This document shows, one piece after another, positions 27,501 through 40,600 of a stretch of 64,000 bases of DNA. Both the position numbers and the translations under genes were made by a program. This DNA is from Bilabrum cf. latius. Lineage: Eukaryota. The notes under the pieces are model-generated. The model saw nothing but the letters and a program-made list of their open reading frames with translations, was not told the origin of the DNA and searched no databases. Numbering within the stretch: the stretch's first letter is position 1; each line of letters opens with the position of its first letter. The DNA is taken from the NCBI GenBank assembly GCA_965178125.1, contig OZ237768.1, positions 1 to 64,000 of the forward strand, written 5' to 3'.

Positions 27501-30500
27501 CTGGCGCGCAGGGTGTGAGGACTCTGCGCCGGGCCTTTGTGGGCATGCACAGCAGTGACTCGCATTCCAGTGTAGCCGACAGTGGTATGGACCGTCGCGA
27601 TAGTGCGCAGAGTTTTGGAATGGCAGGCACGTCATTGTGGAACGATCCTAACGGATCTGGCCGGCGGAGTACCAACACCACTGACTCTATTGACCGACAG
27701 CGGAATGGTGACATCATATTTGGATTCAACCGCCCGAACCTGTGGGGCGATGCGTTTGATGAGCGTATTTTGACTGATGGTTGGATATCATCGCAGGATG
27801 CAGCAGCAGCGTCAATACCAAGGACTGCTAGTAGAGGAGCTGTGGAGGACCAACAAAGTCAGCATGAAGTGATGTCCAGAGTGGTGTGGCAGCTGATGGA
27901 CTCTGGTCTGCAGCAAGAGGCAGGAGCCAGAGAGCCACTGACCCCGCTTGAAGATGCTGACCACGAGCTGGATCCCAGTCCAGCACCCGATGATTCGTCT
28001 CGGCATTGGGCGGCATCGCCCGCTATGCTTTTGTAGCCTGGAGCAGGATCGGTGCGAGAGCACAGGGAGGGCGGGAGTTCTGAAGTGGTTTTTCCAGAGA
28101 AGGGCTTGGGGGTCTCGCCGCGCGGCTCTTCTTGTCACCGTTTGCTGCAGATAGCGTTTGATGGCATGTCGCGTAGCTAGTTCATCTAGCTGGTCGATAT
28201 CGGGCGGTCTAGCCCTTTAGACACGTTTGCGCTTTACGATGGATTTCATAACAGGTCGCATGCGGCCGGGGCTGTCGACCGGATTATCCGGTTGCGCGTT
28301 GGGAAAGCCCAGAAGTATTTGGGTTCGATGCGGACCGAAACAGCATCTGCCTGCATTAATGTTGCAGTTGGCTTGCTGCCTCGGTTGCGGTCTGATTCGG
28401 TCTTGAGGACAGATACTCTCGCGCTCTATATGGAAACTACTGCGTCAGGGCAGATCGTGCCGCTGCCCACTCACCTGCCTGGCCAAGAGTCGAACATGGC
28501 ATTGCGAACTGGGGATGCCGCTAGATCCATGCGAGCACTCAAGCAACTCGCAATCCTCGCCCCGAGGAGCGGCGCCAGCTTTGCCGCACTCGGGCATGTT
28601 CTTCGAGCGCATGAATGTCCTGAACAAGCTGACCGCACGCTTTTCATGGCAATCAAGCGATACCCCGGAAGCCCCAGCGTGTGGCAATCATGGCTGTGGC
28701 TGCGTGAGGCCCAGTTGCTCTCTGCTGCTACGCTCACTTACGGCCTGGAATCACTTTTGCATACTCCCCTTGAGGAGGCAAGGTCGTGGTTCCCGGGTCC
28801 AGCCACCCCCACCCTGCCCCGCATGACTCGTGGAAGTCTAGCATCCATGCTAAATGGGGAGGTTTTGAAGATCCTGTACCATAAAATTGACTCAGAAAGG
28901 GAAGGACTGGCATCCATTGGAAATCACGCTAAGGACAATATGCCACTCGAGCAGGTCTGGGGCATCCTCTGTGATCAAGCTGCAGTTTGGGAGGAACTTG
29001 GAAGCTTATGTAGTGCTTGGATCAAAGCTCTGCAAGAATCCACCCAGGACTCCCGAGCAGCCCCCTCAGCTGTCTACATGGCTCTGAATGATTCCCGCCG
29101 GCCTTTATTGTCTCGGACTCCCACATCTTCGGACCGAGGAGCCAACCCCATGCTTGGGCATGAGACTGATCACCGACCTCGCTCTGCAGGATTGTCCGAC
29201 ACACCTGCGGCTACTGCTGGCCTAGGGGTTCGCACTCCGAGGCACCCAGCAGCGGCAGTAAATTCGGCGAGCATGAGTGCAGATGCTGAATCCAGCTTGC
29301 GAGAGAGGTCAGCAAGCGCATCCACGGAAATTCAACGGCATGGCAACTAGTCTAGATCACAAGTTACAATTGGAGCATCGGCAGCTGCTAAGCACCCGGA
29401 TAGTGGTCACCTGTGTGTGCATGGTAACTTGTCTAGTAATGCCCCGGAGAACTAGCTAACCGCCGGCACACCGGACAGGTCTTCCTACACACAGTCGTCC
29501 ACAGGCAATGTAAGGCGTCAGCAAGAGTTTCGCAGCCAGTCATCCGGAATTGTGATGCGACCCGCAGCGTCTGGCAGTGTTGGCAGTCCGCACTCAGCAT
29601 CCGTGCCCCGAAGTGTGTCCAAGTGGACCTAGCATTCTGATGCTGACCGTAGCATGCAAGAGCAAGACTCTGATCTCGAAGACGACTTTAGCCCCGGGGC
29701 TGAGGACCTAAGTGGTCTGGATCTGGCTGCAACCGCTGCTGATTACGCCGATGATAAGCCCGCCTACAGGGACAATCATTTTTGCAAACGGGACCCCCAC
29801 CGCAGCGGCCGTAGCGCAGCAGCTCGATCTGTCTCAGGTCAAGCAATCGATGCGCCGCGTACATCAAATCTGTCGAAATCCAGGGGAGTTTCCTCTAGGG
29901 AGCTCGTCAAGCTTGGCTAGGTCAGCGCGTCGGCGTCACCGACTCCTGGTCTCTCGCGCTAGCGTGCGCAGTCCGACACAGATACTAGATAGTGGGAAGG
30001 GAATCGCGAGACACTATTGCGGCGGTCGGTTTTGGAAAGTATGCGCAAGGTAATAGGCTTGTACAGGAGTAGGACTCGGGTTCTGCTAATGCAAGCCTTT
30101 CACAGTGCCAAGAGTATCACGAGTGCTAGACAGGCGTCCGGTGCCGTTTGGAAAGTGCTGGCTCAGTGTTCAAGGTACGAAGCAGTCCACGGGGAGAAGG
30201 GACGCGCTCTGCTCTTTGTAGATGCAGCTCATGCCGTATGTGACAGCAAGTCGAAGCATGACCTGCTGCTTGAGAAAGCTCGGGTGCTGGAGGCGTGCCA
30301 TTCCGTGGAGGCTGCCCGACGGCAGTACGCTGCTGTGGCACGATAGGTGTAGGATGGATTGGACTCTGCTCCATCCAAGACCAAGGCTCGGGCCCTCAAG
30401 CAGTTGGCGTGGAAATGCGCTTCGGAGCTTGCTAGCCTGGAGACTAGGGCTGGGAACCACACCGCTGCAGTGAGAATTGTAGCCACGGAGCTGAAACGAC

Positions 30501-32029
30501 AGCCAGAACACGGACGGTTGTGGGCTGCACTCTGCCAAGCATCGTGCCTCGCAGATTGCTCCTCAAAGAAGGGTGGTGCAATGTCGTCTGTACCATTGGA
30601 CAAATTGCTTGCCGAGGCCGTTAGAAGTGCTCCGAGATCTGGAGAAGTATGGGTAGAGGTCGCACGGTATCACTTAAACCCTTGTTCTGGGGCCTACAGC
30701 ACACGGCTTGCCCGTCGTGCCCTACAGTTTGCCCGTGAGTTGACGGGATAGTACGGAGATGCGTATGTTGAGAGCCTGCGACTGCACATGCTCTGCGTTG
30801 TCGGGTTCGCTTCACAAGATGACCCCATGGGGTTGGCGAGCGCAAGGGAGCTACCTGAGGAGCTCGGACTAGACCTCGCAGGTAGGCTATGCCTCGAAGC
30901 AGCACATCGACTCGTGATGATAGACTCCTCCTCAAGCATACAACAACTGGGAACAGCGAGGCAACGAGATGGCAGTCACGTGGCGCATGCATCTGTGCAT
31001 GAAACTAGCTTCAGGCTGCGGTCAGAGTCCGCCAGTGCACGCCTGCGAAGCTAGTTGAGGCACCTCTAGTAGGATGCTTTGGAATAGCCATGGGCCGTTT
31101 CGTGCCAGTCGAACTACGGTCTCATGTTCTCTGTCTGTAGGCCACTGCGGAGTAGCAGTCCAAAGGTAGTGTTGGCAGCAACCTGGGAGGTACTATCGAC
31201 CGAGTTGGCAGCCATGGCCGCTGTGTATGCGTTCGCAGCTGGTGCAGACGTGAGTGCTGCGTGTTCAAGGCTGCAGCAGGAGTTTCACGACCCTGATGCC
31301 AGCGTGGACATATCAGAGTAGCATGCATTTGAGCTGGTGCGCGGCTCTCAGCAGGACACAGTACCGCCGGGCAGCCCCACACGGAAAAGGTCAGCGACCT
31401 TGCAGTCGCTGTGCCAGGGCACACTACAGCCTGGTGATTTCGTATTGGGACTGTCCCGGCCATCAAGGCTGCTTCGAAGTGGAGCGCTCGCAGCTGCAAT
31501 GCAGCGGGAGAGGCAAACGGAGGCTGGACCCAGAGAAACGTGCAGGATGGTACTCTTCAAGCCAGATGAGTTGAGGCGTAGGGACCACAGTTTACGGGTC
31601 ACTAGCGCAGTAGCAATTAGCAGTAGTCTAGCAGCGCAGGCAGACCAGGTCGTCTTTCACGTCCCCACTGGGGACAGTTGCGTCGATGTTGAGCATGCAT
31701 CTCTACACCGAGGCAGTGCACCGCGTTCGCCGGAACTGGCTTCCACGACCAGAATGACGCCAGGTATCGACACAGGCGCAACCCAGGGCCGCCATGAGTC
31801 TGTCAGCCAGACTCCACTGGTGCACCATGCTGATGAAAATAGCTAGCTGCCTCCCGAGGACAAGATTGCACCGGCATCGCAAGACAACTCCGGCCTCGGC
31901 GCAGCCCGGTCGCAAGTACAGATTTCTGGATAGCCACAGCCGCCAAGTGGGGCGGCACCGAAACGAAAGGGGCGAAGGCGGCGCCGCAGAAGGAAGAAAG
32001 CACAGCAGGAAGGTGGTGCTGGGACTTGA
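21572..32029 (+). CDS. Very large (about 3460 aa) low-complexity protein with a Q/H-rich tract and C-terminal TPR/HAT-like helical repeats; about 45 in-frame TAG
   Basis: Sixteen track ORFs (22304 to 31846) share one frame and are separated only by TAG. The frame is open from about 21600 to TGA 32027-32029. The 5' end is uncertain (ATG 21572 or 21579, with a likely GTAAG donor at 21592). HAT/TPR-like segments: AIKRYPGSPSVWQSW, QPEHGRLWAAL, AVRSAPRSGEVWVEVARYHLNP, LTG*YGDAYVE. Confidence 0.8.
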
Positions 32030-32202
32030 CTTCCACCCGCTGGGCATCAGCCCGGCATGTGCTGGTAGTTGCTCCGTGGAGCGGTCTACTTGATTCCGGT
32101 ACCCTCAAGGCTACCTGTGGTCTTCTATGCAAATAGAATGAAATTTAATGGATGTACCGCAATTTGGAATATGTCACATCAACCCCACCTCACGTGTTAC
32201 AG

Positions 32203-34383
32203 TCAATCACTGTCTTCAGACCAGTCTGAAGATGCCCCAGACTCGGACTGAGCCGGCGCGGATCTACCACCCGCTGCCCCACGTCTAGGTTGGTTGCGGT
32301 TCACTGCCATCATCCGCTGTGCAAGCAATGCGGCCAAGCCATTGCCGCTACTACCTGCTGTTGCGCCAGCCCCACCAGGGCTTGCGCTACCATTTCCCTT
32401 TGGCGTCACTTTCTTGAGCTTACGCCCCTTGCGGATTTCATCCAGAAGAGAGGGTGGCTTACTTTCCGATCCACCCGAGTCCTTGCCTCCTCCAACCATC
32501 GCATCCACCTCAGCTGCAGACCTTTGCTTCCTGCTCGACCCCTTCGCTCGGATCTCGGCAAGCAACCCCCCTCCGCCGATGGTACCCGATGCAGCAGCAA
32601 GGCCAGCAGGTGGCCTGCCAGGTCGGCCTGGCCGGCCCGGCCGCAGGGGCCTACCTGGCTGTGCCACCTGAGTCACAGCTCGAGGTTCTGGACGAGGAGA
32701 GCTGGCAGGCCTGCCTGGCCTGCTACTCGGTCTCGGTCTCGGTCTTGGGATCGGCCTCGAGATGGCTCTAGCCTGCGCTGGTGCTGGTGCTGGTGCTGGT
32801 GCTGGTGCTGGTGCTGGTGCTGGTGCTGGTGCTGGTGCTGGTGCTGGTGCAGGTGCTGGAGCTGGAGCACGTGCCGGTGCCGGGGTAGGTGCAGGTGCAG
32901 GTGCAGGTGCTGGTGCAGGTGCTGGTGCTGGTGCAGGTGCTGGAGCTGGAGCACGTGCCGGTGCCGGGGTAGGTGCAGGTGCAGGTGCAGGTGCAGGTGC
33001 TGGTTTCGATGCCGGTGCAGGTGCAGGTGCAGGTGCAGGTGCAGGTGCAGGTGCAGGTGCAGGTGCTGGTTTCGATGCCGGTGCAGGTGCAGGTGCAGGT
33101 GCAGGTGCTGGTTTCGATGCCGGTGCAGGTGCAGGTGCAGGTGCAGGTGCAGGTGCAGGTGCAGGTGCAGGTGCAGGTGCAGGTGCAGGTGCAGGTGCAG
33201 GTGCAGGTGCAGGTGCAGGTGCCGGCGAAGGAGCCACAGTTCCCGTTGCTAGCCGTTCCTTCTATGTTGCCCTAGCAGCTGTTGCTTTGCTGCTAGGTCG
33301 CTTAAGCCGCGCCTTTTTGCCTAGTGTGTTGCCAACCTGAGCTCGCTGCTAGGCAGTAGCAGCGGGCGCAGCACTACTAATAGCAGCATTGTCCGGTGCA
33401 TGCCCCGGTGGTTTCCTGTGTTCAGCTGACTGTCTACTCCTGGTGCTAAATGCCTTGGACTAGCGCTTGAGCGCTGGTCCTGCAGAGCCGATCTCTTGAG
33501 GGGGGACTAGACTGGGTATTAAACGTGGGAGAACTACGCTTCTATCCCCAGTACTAGTCTCCCAGTCTGGAGAGGCCCCCGAGAGCAGCCCTGCTCCGCC
33601 TAGGGGCTGCAGCACCGGCCCTGCCCCGGACGGGACCATGCAGGGCGGCGGGCCAAATCGGCCGCCTCGTGCTTCGTGCTACACGGCGTCTTGTAATGAG
33701 TCGCGGCTCGCGTGGCGCCCGGCTCGGGGACCCGACGCACCTTGTCGCCACCCGCGCGCCGGTCGAACGGCGAGCAGAGGCTGACCACCGTCATCACCGT
33801 CATCTTCTGCAGCCGTATCTGGATGCTACTCCGCAGCCACCACCCGGGGAGAAGATCCGGCCAAGCTAGGAGCAAAAGATCGAACGAAATAGTCAGCATC
33901 GCTGTGGAGCAGCCGGCATGGCCGGTGGGCGGGAGCATGATACGCATCCAGTTGAGCTAAGTCTGGGTCCCGCGCTATCGATCTGACTCGGTTTGCTTCA
34001 TGGGATGGGCGTTCATCCCTACTAAATGGGTTAACAGACCAATGGGAATGAAGCCGATCCTGCGCCTGCGTCGAAACCCTCGCAGTTTTGCGATTTGCTA
34101 GCGCTGCCACCCGCTTTGACGCCAACTCAGCTCTTGCCTTGATGGCGGCTGATCCTGCATATCACGATGAAACTTGAAAGCTGTTCACTTTGTGAGGTGC
34201 TTCAATCTGGTATCACAAGCGATTGCCGCAATGTTGCTATCTCTCACTTGTCGCAACATTCGTAGTCAGGGCGGCCATCCTCTGCGAAATACGCTGGAGG
34301 ACGCCAATAATTGGAAGTGCTTCAGCTTGCAGCACATCTCGTCGTTTTTGATCCAGGGTCAGCTACCGGCTTGGCAGCGACAT
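32203..34383 (-). CDS. WASH/WAVE-like actin nucleation-promoting factor (N-terminal helical domain, Pro-Ala repeat, WH2-WH2-C-A tail), about 695 aa, 6 in-frame TAG
   Basis: ATG 34383, intron 34155-34247 (GTGAG...GCAG, phase 1), ends TGA 32203. N-terminus GVLQRISQRMAALTTNVATRSAAIKARAELASKRV resembles the WASH/WAVE homology helix. C-terminus has LLAEIRAKG, SLLDEIRKGRKLKKV (WH2), LAALLAQRM (central) and an acidic SSDWSEDSD with the conserved Trp. Confidence 0.8.
32773..33222 (-). repeat. Coding hexanucleotide repeat (GCACCT/GCACCA)n encoding poly(Pro-Ala)
   Basis: About 450 bp of ggtgca/ggtgct units on the + strand, interrupted by repeated ASK and TPAPARA cassettes, inside the WASH/WAVE-like CDS. 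Confidence 0.95.
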
Positions 34384-34615
34384 GATCGTTATATGTGCCG
34401 ATCGCAACATCCAGGATCGATCCGCTGGCTGGATGCGGTCGCAACCACTTAAAGATGCAATTCATCAAGAAGAAGATAACAATAGCTGGCTCGGAGTGCG
34501 ACAGAGTTGGAAACCCTCCTGGTCTGCTGCAGCCGGGATCCTGCTGCACTGTATAGATTTGGAAATTGGACCGTTACATTATCCAGCCAGCTTGAAGCCC
34601 TGTCTTCCTGGAGTA

Positions 34616-37600
34616 ATGGATTCCGATGCTCAGCAGAAGGTTACAACGATTCCGAATGTAGATGAAGCTGCAGAATCTGCGGCGGGACGGATACAGTCAA
34701 TCCTGTCGGAGAGTCGAAATGCAAGACAAGCAATGGAGGCAGAACTTGTGAGTCTTGGATGCTGCCTACCTGAGAATCAGTTTGACACTGGATTCTCGTC
34801 GTCTATGCGCTGTGATTGTATACCGAGTGCGATTACGCAACCATTCCCGTTGAGAATATACATATTTTGTTCTCAAGCAGAAATCGTGGGATGATACGAA
34901 GCCCGTGGTGTCCGAAGAGGCGGCACCGCAACCGAAATCTCGATGGGCGTTTAATCTGACACGATCACGCACGCGTTTGTCTTCGGACAGCTCCAGTGGC
35001 CGTGCTGGGAACAACCTTAATGAACAAGTTCCCCGGAACTCGGCTGGTGATCGAGGGCCTGCCCTTGGCGATTTGCCTGAGGTGGATCCCGACTGGGAGG
35101 GCGAATCTTCAGCTAGCAGCAAGGGTGTATTGCCCGATCTAGCACCCCCTGCAGATGATGCGGAAACAGATGCTTTAGAGTAGCAGCACGTCGCATCCCA
35201 TGCTCAAGGACGAGACGAGAACGAGCTCCTGCAGATGCTTTTGGAGCGGGAGGCCCGGCGAGAGGCGAGGGCCATCGAGCTGGCCAGGACTGCAGCAGGG
35301 CGGGGGGCGACTAGTCGAGGGCATGAGGGTGGCGATGGCAGTCGTGGTGCTGATGACAGTGATGCGAAGCAATTCGCTTCTCTGGGTACTTTCGACTTCG
35401 CCGTGGATGCTGCATTCGGTGTGCATATTTCCGATATGCGGCGAGTCGAGCAGGATGACCAAGTCTTTCCTCTTGACGCGGATGCCCCCCCACCTCCCGA
35501 CGAGCCGTCCACGGAATTCGATGGGTATCCCGGTACAATAGAACAGTAGGAGGCGCCACCGTAGGCCCGATGCAGGGTTGATGGTGGCATGGCAGACGAG
35601 GAGCCCGAGCTGGACCGAGAGACAGAGGAGGTGCCAGTGCGCCGGGCAGACGTGGGCAGCGGGGCTGCCTCGGCCGAGGATGACGAGCCCCCTGTCTCTG
35701 AACTGGACTTGCAGCTGGACCTAGGCGGCCTCAAGATACAGGCAGGAGCAGCTAAGCCACGGACAGCCATGACCCCGCCGGGTGCAGCGGCACACAGCGG
35801 GCTATTCACGTACGGGCAGATGCAGGGGGCAGCTCGACTGCGGTACCTCCTCCGGCGAGTGCTCGACGCGCCTATGCTGCTGCTGGTAGAGAAAGAGCCG
35901 CGACTGTGCGAATCGAGCCGCCAAGAATGTGCTGCCATGCGTGGGATCGCAGCGCTGGCTTTAGCCTTCGACAGGCCGACCGCTGCCGATGTATCGAAGC
36001 TGCCGCTGCGGGCCTAGGGGTCGCTGGCGCGATGCTTTGGACTGGACCTACGTCTCGTCGATGACCCCTTCGATGTGGATACCGCAAAGCTAGAAGCCGC
36101 AGATATGCGCGCACTAGTGGCTCCCTCTAGCCTATGCCACCAATCGGAGGAGTGGGCTCGGAAAGAGAAGCAAGAACCCGGCAGTAAAGACGAACCGCTA
36201 GCAGAGCGGGTGCTACGAGATGCCGAGGTTGATGACCTCAGGACCGGGGGCTGGTCTTCACTGCCGGTGTATGTCTGGCGCCTGCAGGTGTGTCTGGCAC
36301 GACTGTTGCGGCGCCGGGCCTACTTGGTTGATGACATCTCAGAGAAGGCTCCGTCGGGCTCAGCCGCTTCGAGTCGGTCGCTCCAACGTATCCGGCGGGG
36401 CTACTTCCGGCCATCGGCATTCCCGCGAGATTCGGTGATGCGTCGCCACGACCGAGTCCTACTGATAGGTCTTGAGCGACAAATAGCTCGTGTAATGGGC
36501 TGTCTCGGAGCCCTGCATCAGCTTGAAAATCGGCGCAATGTTGACGGTGGGGGTCACGGCGTGCTTCTGCTGGACGCGCTTCCTGACGTGCTGCAGGCAG
36601 TCACAGGCGTAGTAGGGGGCGGGGTACAGTTGGCCAAAGAGGGACTGACCTAGACCATTGGTGCGATGCAGTATGGCGCCGTATACTCGGCGCGAGGGCT
36701 GCAGAGAGGTGTTGGCTTCGTGGCGGGAGGTGCGGTGAATCTAGGCAGGGGAGTGGTGTGGTTGCTGGAGGGGCTTGAGTTGCCTGGCGTGGGAGGAGGC
36801 GCTGCTCAAGGCGGGATAGACCAAGGCCACGGTAGTGATGAGGACGAGAGGCACGCTGCATCGCTGACTGGGCGATCGGAACAGGCCGACGGGCACCCAT
36901 CCAGCAGCGTGATGGAGCTCAAACAACAAGACGGACCAGACGGAGGGTTTAGATTCCTGCCAGGTGGCGGCGGTTTCGGTGAGGATACTGCTCCGGAAGA
37001 TAGTAGCAAGGCTGCCAACGCACTGGAGACTCACCAGGAGGCGTCCGGAGGAGCGACAGTCCCTAGGCAATCGGGACGCGAGCGCAGCGTTGGAGGTGAC
37101 ACCGTTCCGTGGTTCTGTTGCTGCTGCCCTGCAGATGCATTGGAGGACTCCGAGATGAGTAGCCAGGAGGACAGTAAATCGAAGGCAGTGGTAGAATCGA
37201 AAACGATTGAAAGAGAGCGGAGCAAGTCCGACCCCATGAAGATTCCTGATCCGTACGACAGCGACAGTGACTTCGACCATGAGCTGGAGGAGCTGCTGGC
37301 GCCACTCATGGGAGAGAGCAGCATTGGCAGGGAGCGGCAGGCCGCTCTAACAGCAGATGCTGCAGGGAACGGTGCAACTGGAAGAGAGTATCCCGCCAGA
37401 TTATCGGGTAAGGCAGGCGGCGTGGACGGTGACGTTGGAATAGGGTCGGGTGGAGCTGCTGCCGCTGCGCAGGACGGTCCCCGCACGAACCTCCAGCGGT
37501 TGGCAGAGGCGGACGAGCAACGGAGGCTTCAAGCAGCAGTTGTACCTCCTGACACTGAGGAATAGGCAGCTGGCAAGGAGGCAGACGGGGCAGGCAAAAA

Positions 37601-40600
37601 GCCACTGAAGCCTCGCCAGCTGCTTCCACTGCTTGTTCGTGCACTGTTGGCCGTGTGCAACCCCAGCATGGCAACGCTGGAACGAGGGCGCAGGATGTAC
37701 GAAGGCGATGTTTGTGATCGAGTATCTCGATCGACGGACCCCCCAACCGCGAGCATGGTTGAATGGTGGCACGCAGAGGGACCAGGGCGCTCTACTGGTG
37801 GTATGCCTGGGACGTCACGGGCGACAGCCAGCAGTGAAGTATAGAGACAGATGGGCGGAAAGCATGCCCTACAGTTTGCCGCGCTGCCTCAAGCATGTGA
37901 AGATCTGCTGAGTGAGTTTTGCGAGCGCTTCCGCATCTCTCGCGTGGCACGGCATGCAGAGCTGCTGCTGGCTCACTGTCAGCTGCTGCAGCAAGCAGTC
38001 GAGGAGCATTGCTGCAAGCAGACCGCTGCTCTTGCAGACCACCTCGCAGCGGTAGCAGCACTGACCGAGTCCCTCGATGCCCTAATTACTGGTCGAAGCG
38101 CGCCGGACATTGCCTTAGGTGGCAGGCGTGATCGGCAGCCGCTTGCAGTTGTGCAGCCCACGCGAGTGCCCCGTGACCCGGTGCCTCAGCTTGATCTGGA
38201 CCTTGCCCAGGCTGCATCGATGCGTCTGCTTGACATAGCCAGCATTGCCACGAGGCGAACCCCGCAAGTACTTGCTGGCACTGATGGCACCCTTTGCCTG
38301 GGTCTGATACTCCGGATCTACCTTGCCAGTCACCGTGTGTTCCTGCGACTCACCCCGAGTGTGGCTGCATAGTCGCTTGCCTTTGGAGCTATGGTCCTTC
38401 GAGACGTGCGATCGTCGCTGCGGAGGGAGTGGCGCATCCGGACACGTCGTCTAAAGCGGGAGTACGAGCTGTCTGGCGAAGGGGGCATGTTCGTGGGTCA
38501 ACTGGCAGTTTAGCGAAAATTGCTGACGAAGCCATCAAAGACGTCTCTGTCTGCATTTCTTGGCTAGGAAAGCGCTGTAAGCGGCCAGAAAGTAGCACCC
38601 CGTTCTGGCCATGCACGGGTGCCAAGCTCGCAGAAGGATCCGCTGCACGTGGCTGCTCATGGCGCCGAAGCAATTTTTGGAGTGGTGCCATCTGGACATT
38701 AGTTCCGGTCTTTAGAAGACCGTGCTGCAATGATGGTCGGTCCCGAGGCGTTTTCGCTATCTCGCGGCACTGCCGAATCGGCGCTTGTGCAGTCGTATGG
38801 CGGGCACCAGGCAGGCAGTTCAAGGCTGGCCAAGATGCTGAAGCTGACTCCTCCTGCTACCGTCCAGGTAGAGCGCAGCAGCAGCAGTAGCGGCACTGGC
38901 AAGGGCGACTCTGTTTTCGTCTCCATGCTCGTGCAGCTGAACCCGGAGCAGTGCAAAGGAGTGCGGGTGATGCAGAACGAGGGACGCATCATTCTCGCAA
39001 CGGTGCCGCATGGGGCCTCAACTTCGGGCTTGCGACTGCTGGATCGGGTCTTGCTCGTCGATGCCATGCCTGCCCGCCCTGCCCGTGTCCACGACGTGCA
39101 ATCCCGGCTGGATCGATGCGCAAGGAGCGGTGCACGCGGCCGCCCCATTGAGCTCGTTGTATCCCGCGCGTGCCGCCCACGGCAAGCGGCGGTGTTTCGC
39201 ATGTTGGAAGCCACTCGAGCAGTCGACGGCCCGAGTACAATGCTGAAGGGGGTGTCCGGTGCCGACGCTAGAGCAGCACCGGCGGCCGCTGCGCTGCAAC
39301 TAGAGACAGAGCATAAGAGCTCGGCAGCTCGGAGCGCTACACGGGTACAGAGCATCAGTTGCTTGGCAGTGGAGCTCGTGGTAGGCCGCGCGGTTTCTCT
39401 GCTATCCGGCATCATCGCGGAGCGGGCGCGCCTGCGAGTAGTTGCCCGGTGGCTTTCTGCAGAACCACTGGACGCGAGAGGAGTACAGGAAGTGATCGAA
39501 GCTGAGGAGAAGAGAGCGGACGAAGAGGTAGCCGGGCGAGTGCTGCCACCTGCCGTGGCACTTCGCCCGCTTGCTGCTCGACCTCTTTCCGAGTCCACTG
39601 GCGGGCCCGGAGAAGGGGCTGCTCGCACAACCGAAGTGGCTGATCTGGGATTCGTCTCAACGGCGCAGGCTCGGCATTCGTAGTTGCTGACAGGCCTTTA
39701 GGCGCAAGAACTTGTGAGTCAGATTGAGGCTCGACGAATCGGGCGCGTGTCGCTGAATATGGCTGTAAGGCAGACCAACTGGGAAGGAGAAAGGGTGCAA
39801 ATTGCGCTACCGCCAGCTGCTCAAGTCCTGGCTCGCGAGCAACTGAGTTCGGGCAAAGACTCAGTTGGGAGTCAAGTGCCTGACCACGAGATTCTGACCC
39901 AGTCCAAGTAGGTGTGTCTCGTGGTGGAGATCAGAGATGATTCGCAGGCGGCGCTGGGTCGCGGCGGTAGTGTATCGAGCGAGAGGAAAGATGGGGGAGG
40001 TGAGAGAGTCGGCAATAGCGACACTGAGGACGAAGATGACCAGGGGACGCCACTGCCGGCTACGCCGTCCAGTTCCACTGAGCCCGCGCCTCGTCGCCGA
40101 CTCCGAGGCGCGCTGGTAGGACACATGATGTGCATCTTCCAGGTGAGACCTCTACAGGACTTGCGCGAGCCCGAGTTGTTGTCATGGCGGCAGGACTTGA
40201 GGCTGCTGGGCAAGGCCAGGCAGAACATGGAGGCGGCCAAGAAGCGTACCGAGAATCCGGTACGTGCAGCAAGCGCGGGGCCGCAGCCTCGTCCTGAAGA
40301 AGACACGTACTGCAGCCCGGCACTTTAGGTTGATGCAGGGCTCACACTCTCTCCATTTCTGGCAGCCACAGATCATGGAGCAATCCACAGAGCCTTTATT
40401 GAGTCGCAATCGGAATCAGGGCATGCAGCAGGCTCGGGCCAGTCGCAGGACTCGAGGCAAGATGTGGCCACTGCGAGTCCCGGGCACGAGGAAGAGGATG
40501 TGGTTGGCGACTGGAGCGACGAAGACTGTGCAGAGGCGGTTCTACGGCTGAACGATATGCTGGACTAGGGTGTGGGAGCTGAAGGGCGACGTGGAAGTTA

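Noticed and set aside
32290-33340. Plus-strand ORFs with poly-WC/RC, poly-GA and poly-VQ
   Set aside because: They are antisense or alternative-frame shadows of the Pro-Ala repeat in the WASH/WAVE-like gene.
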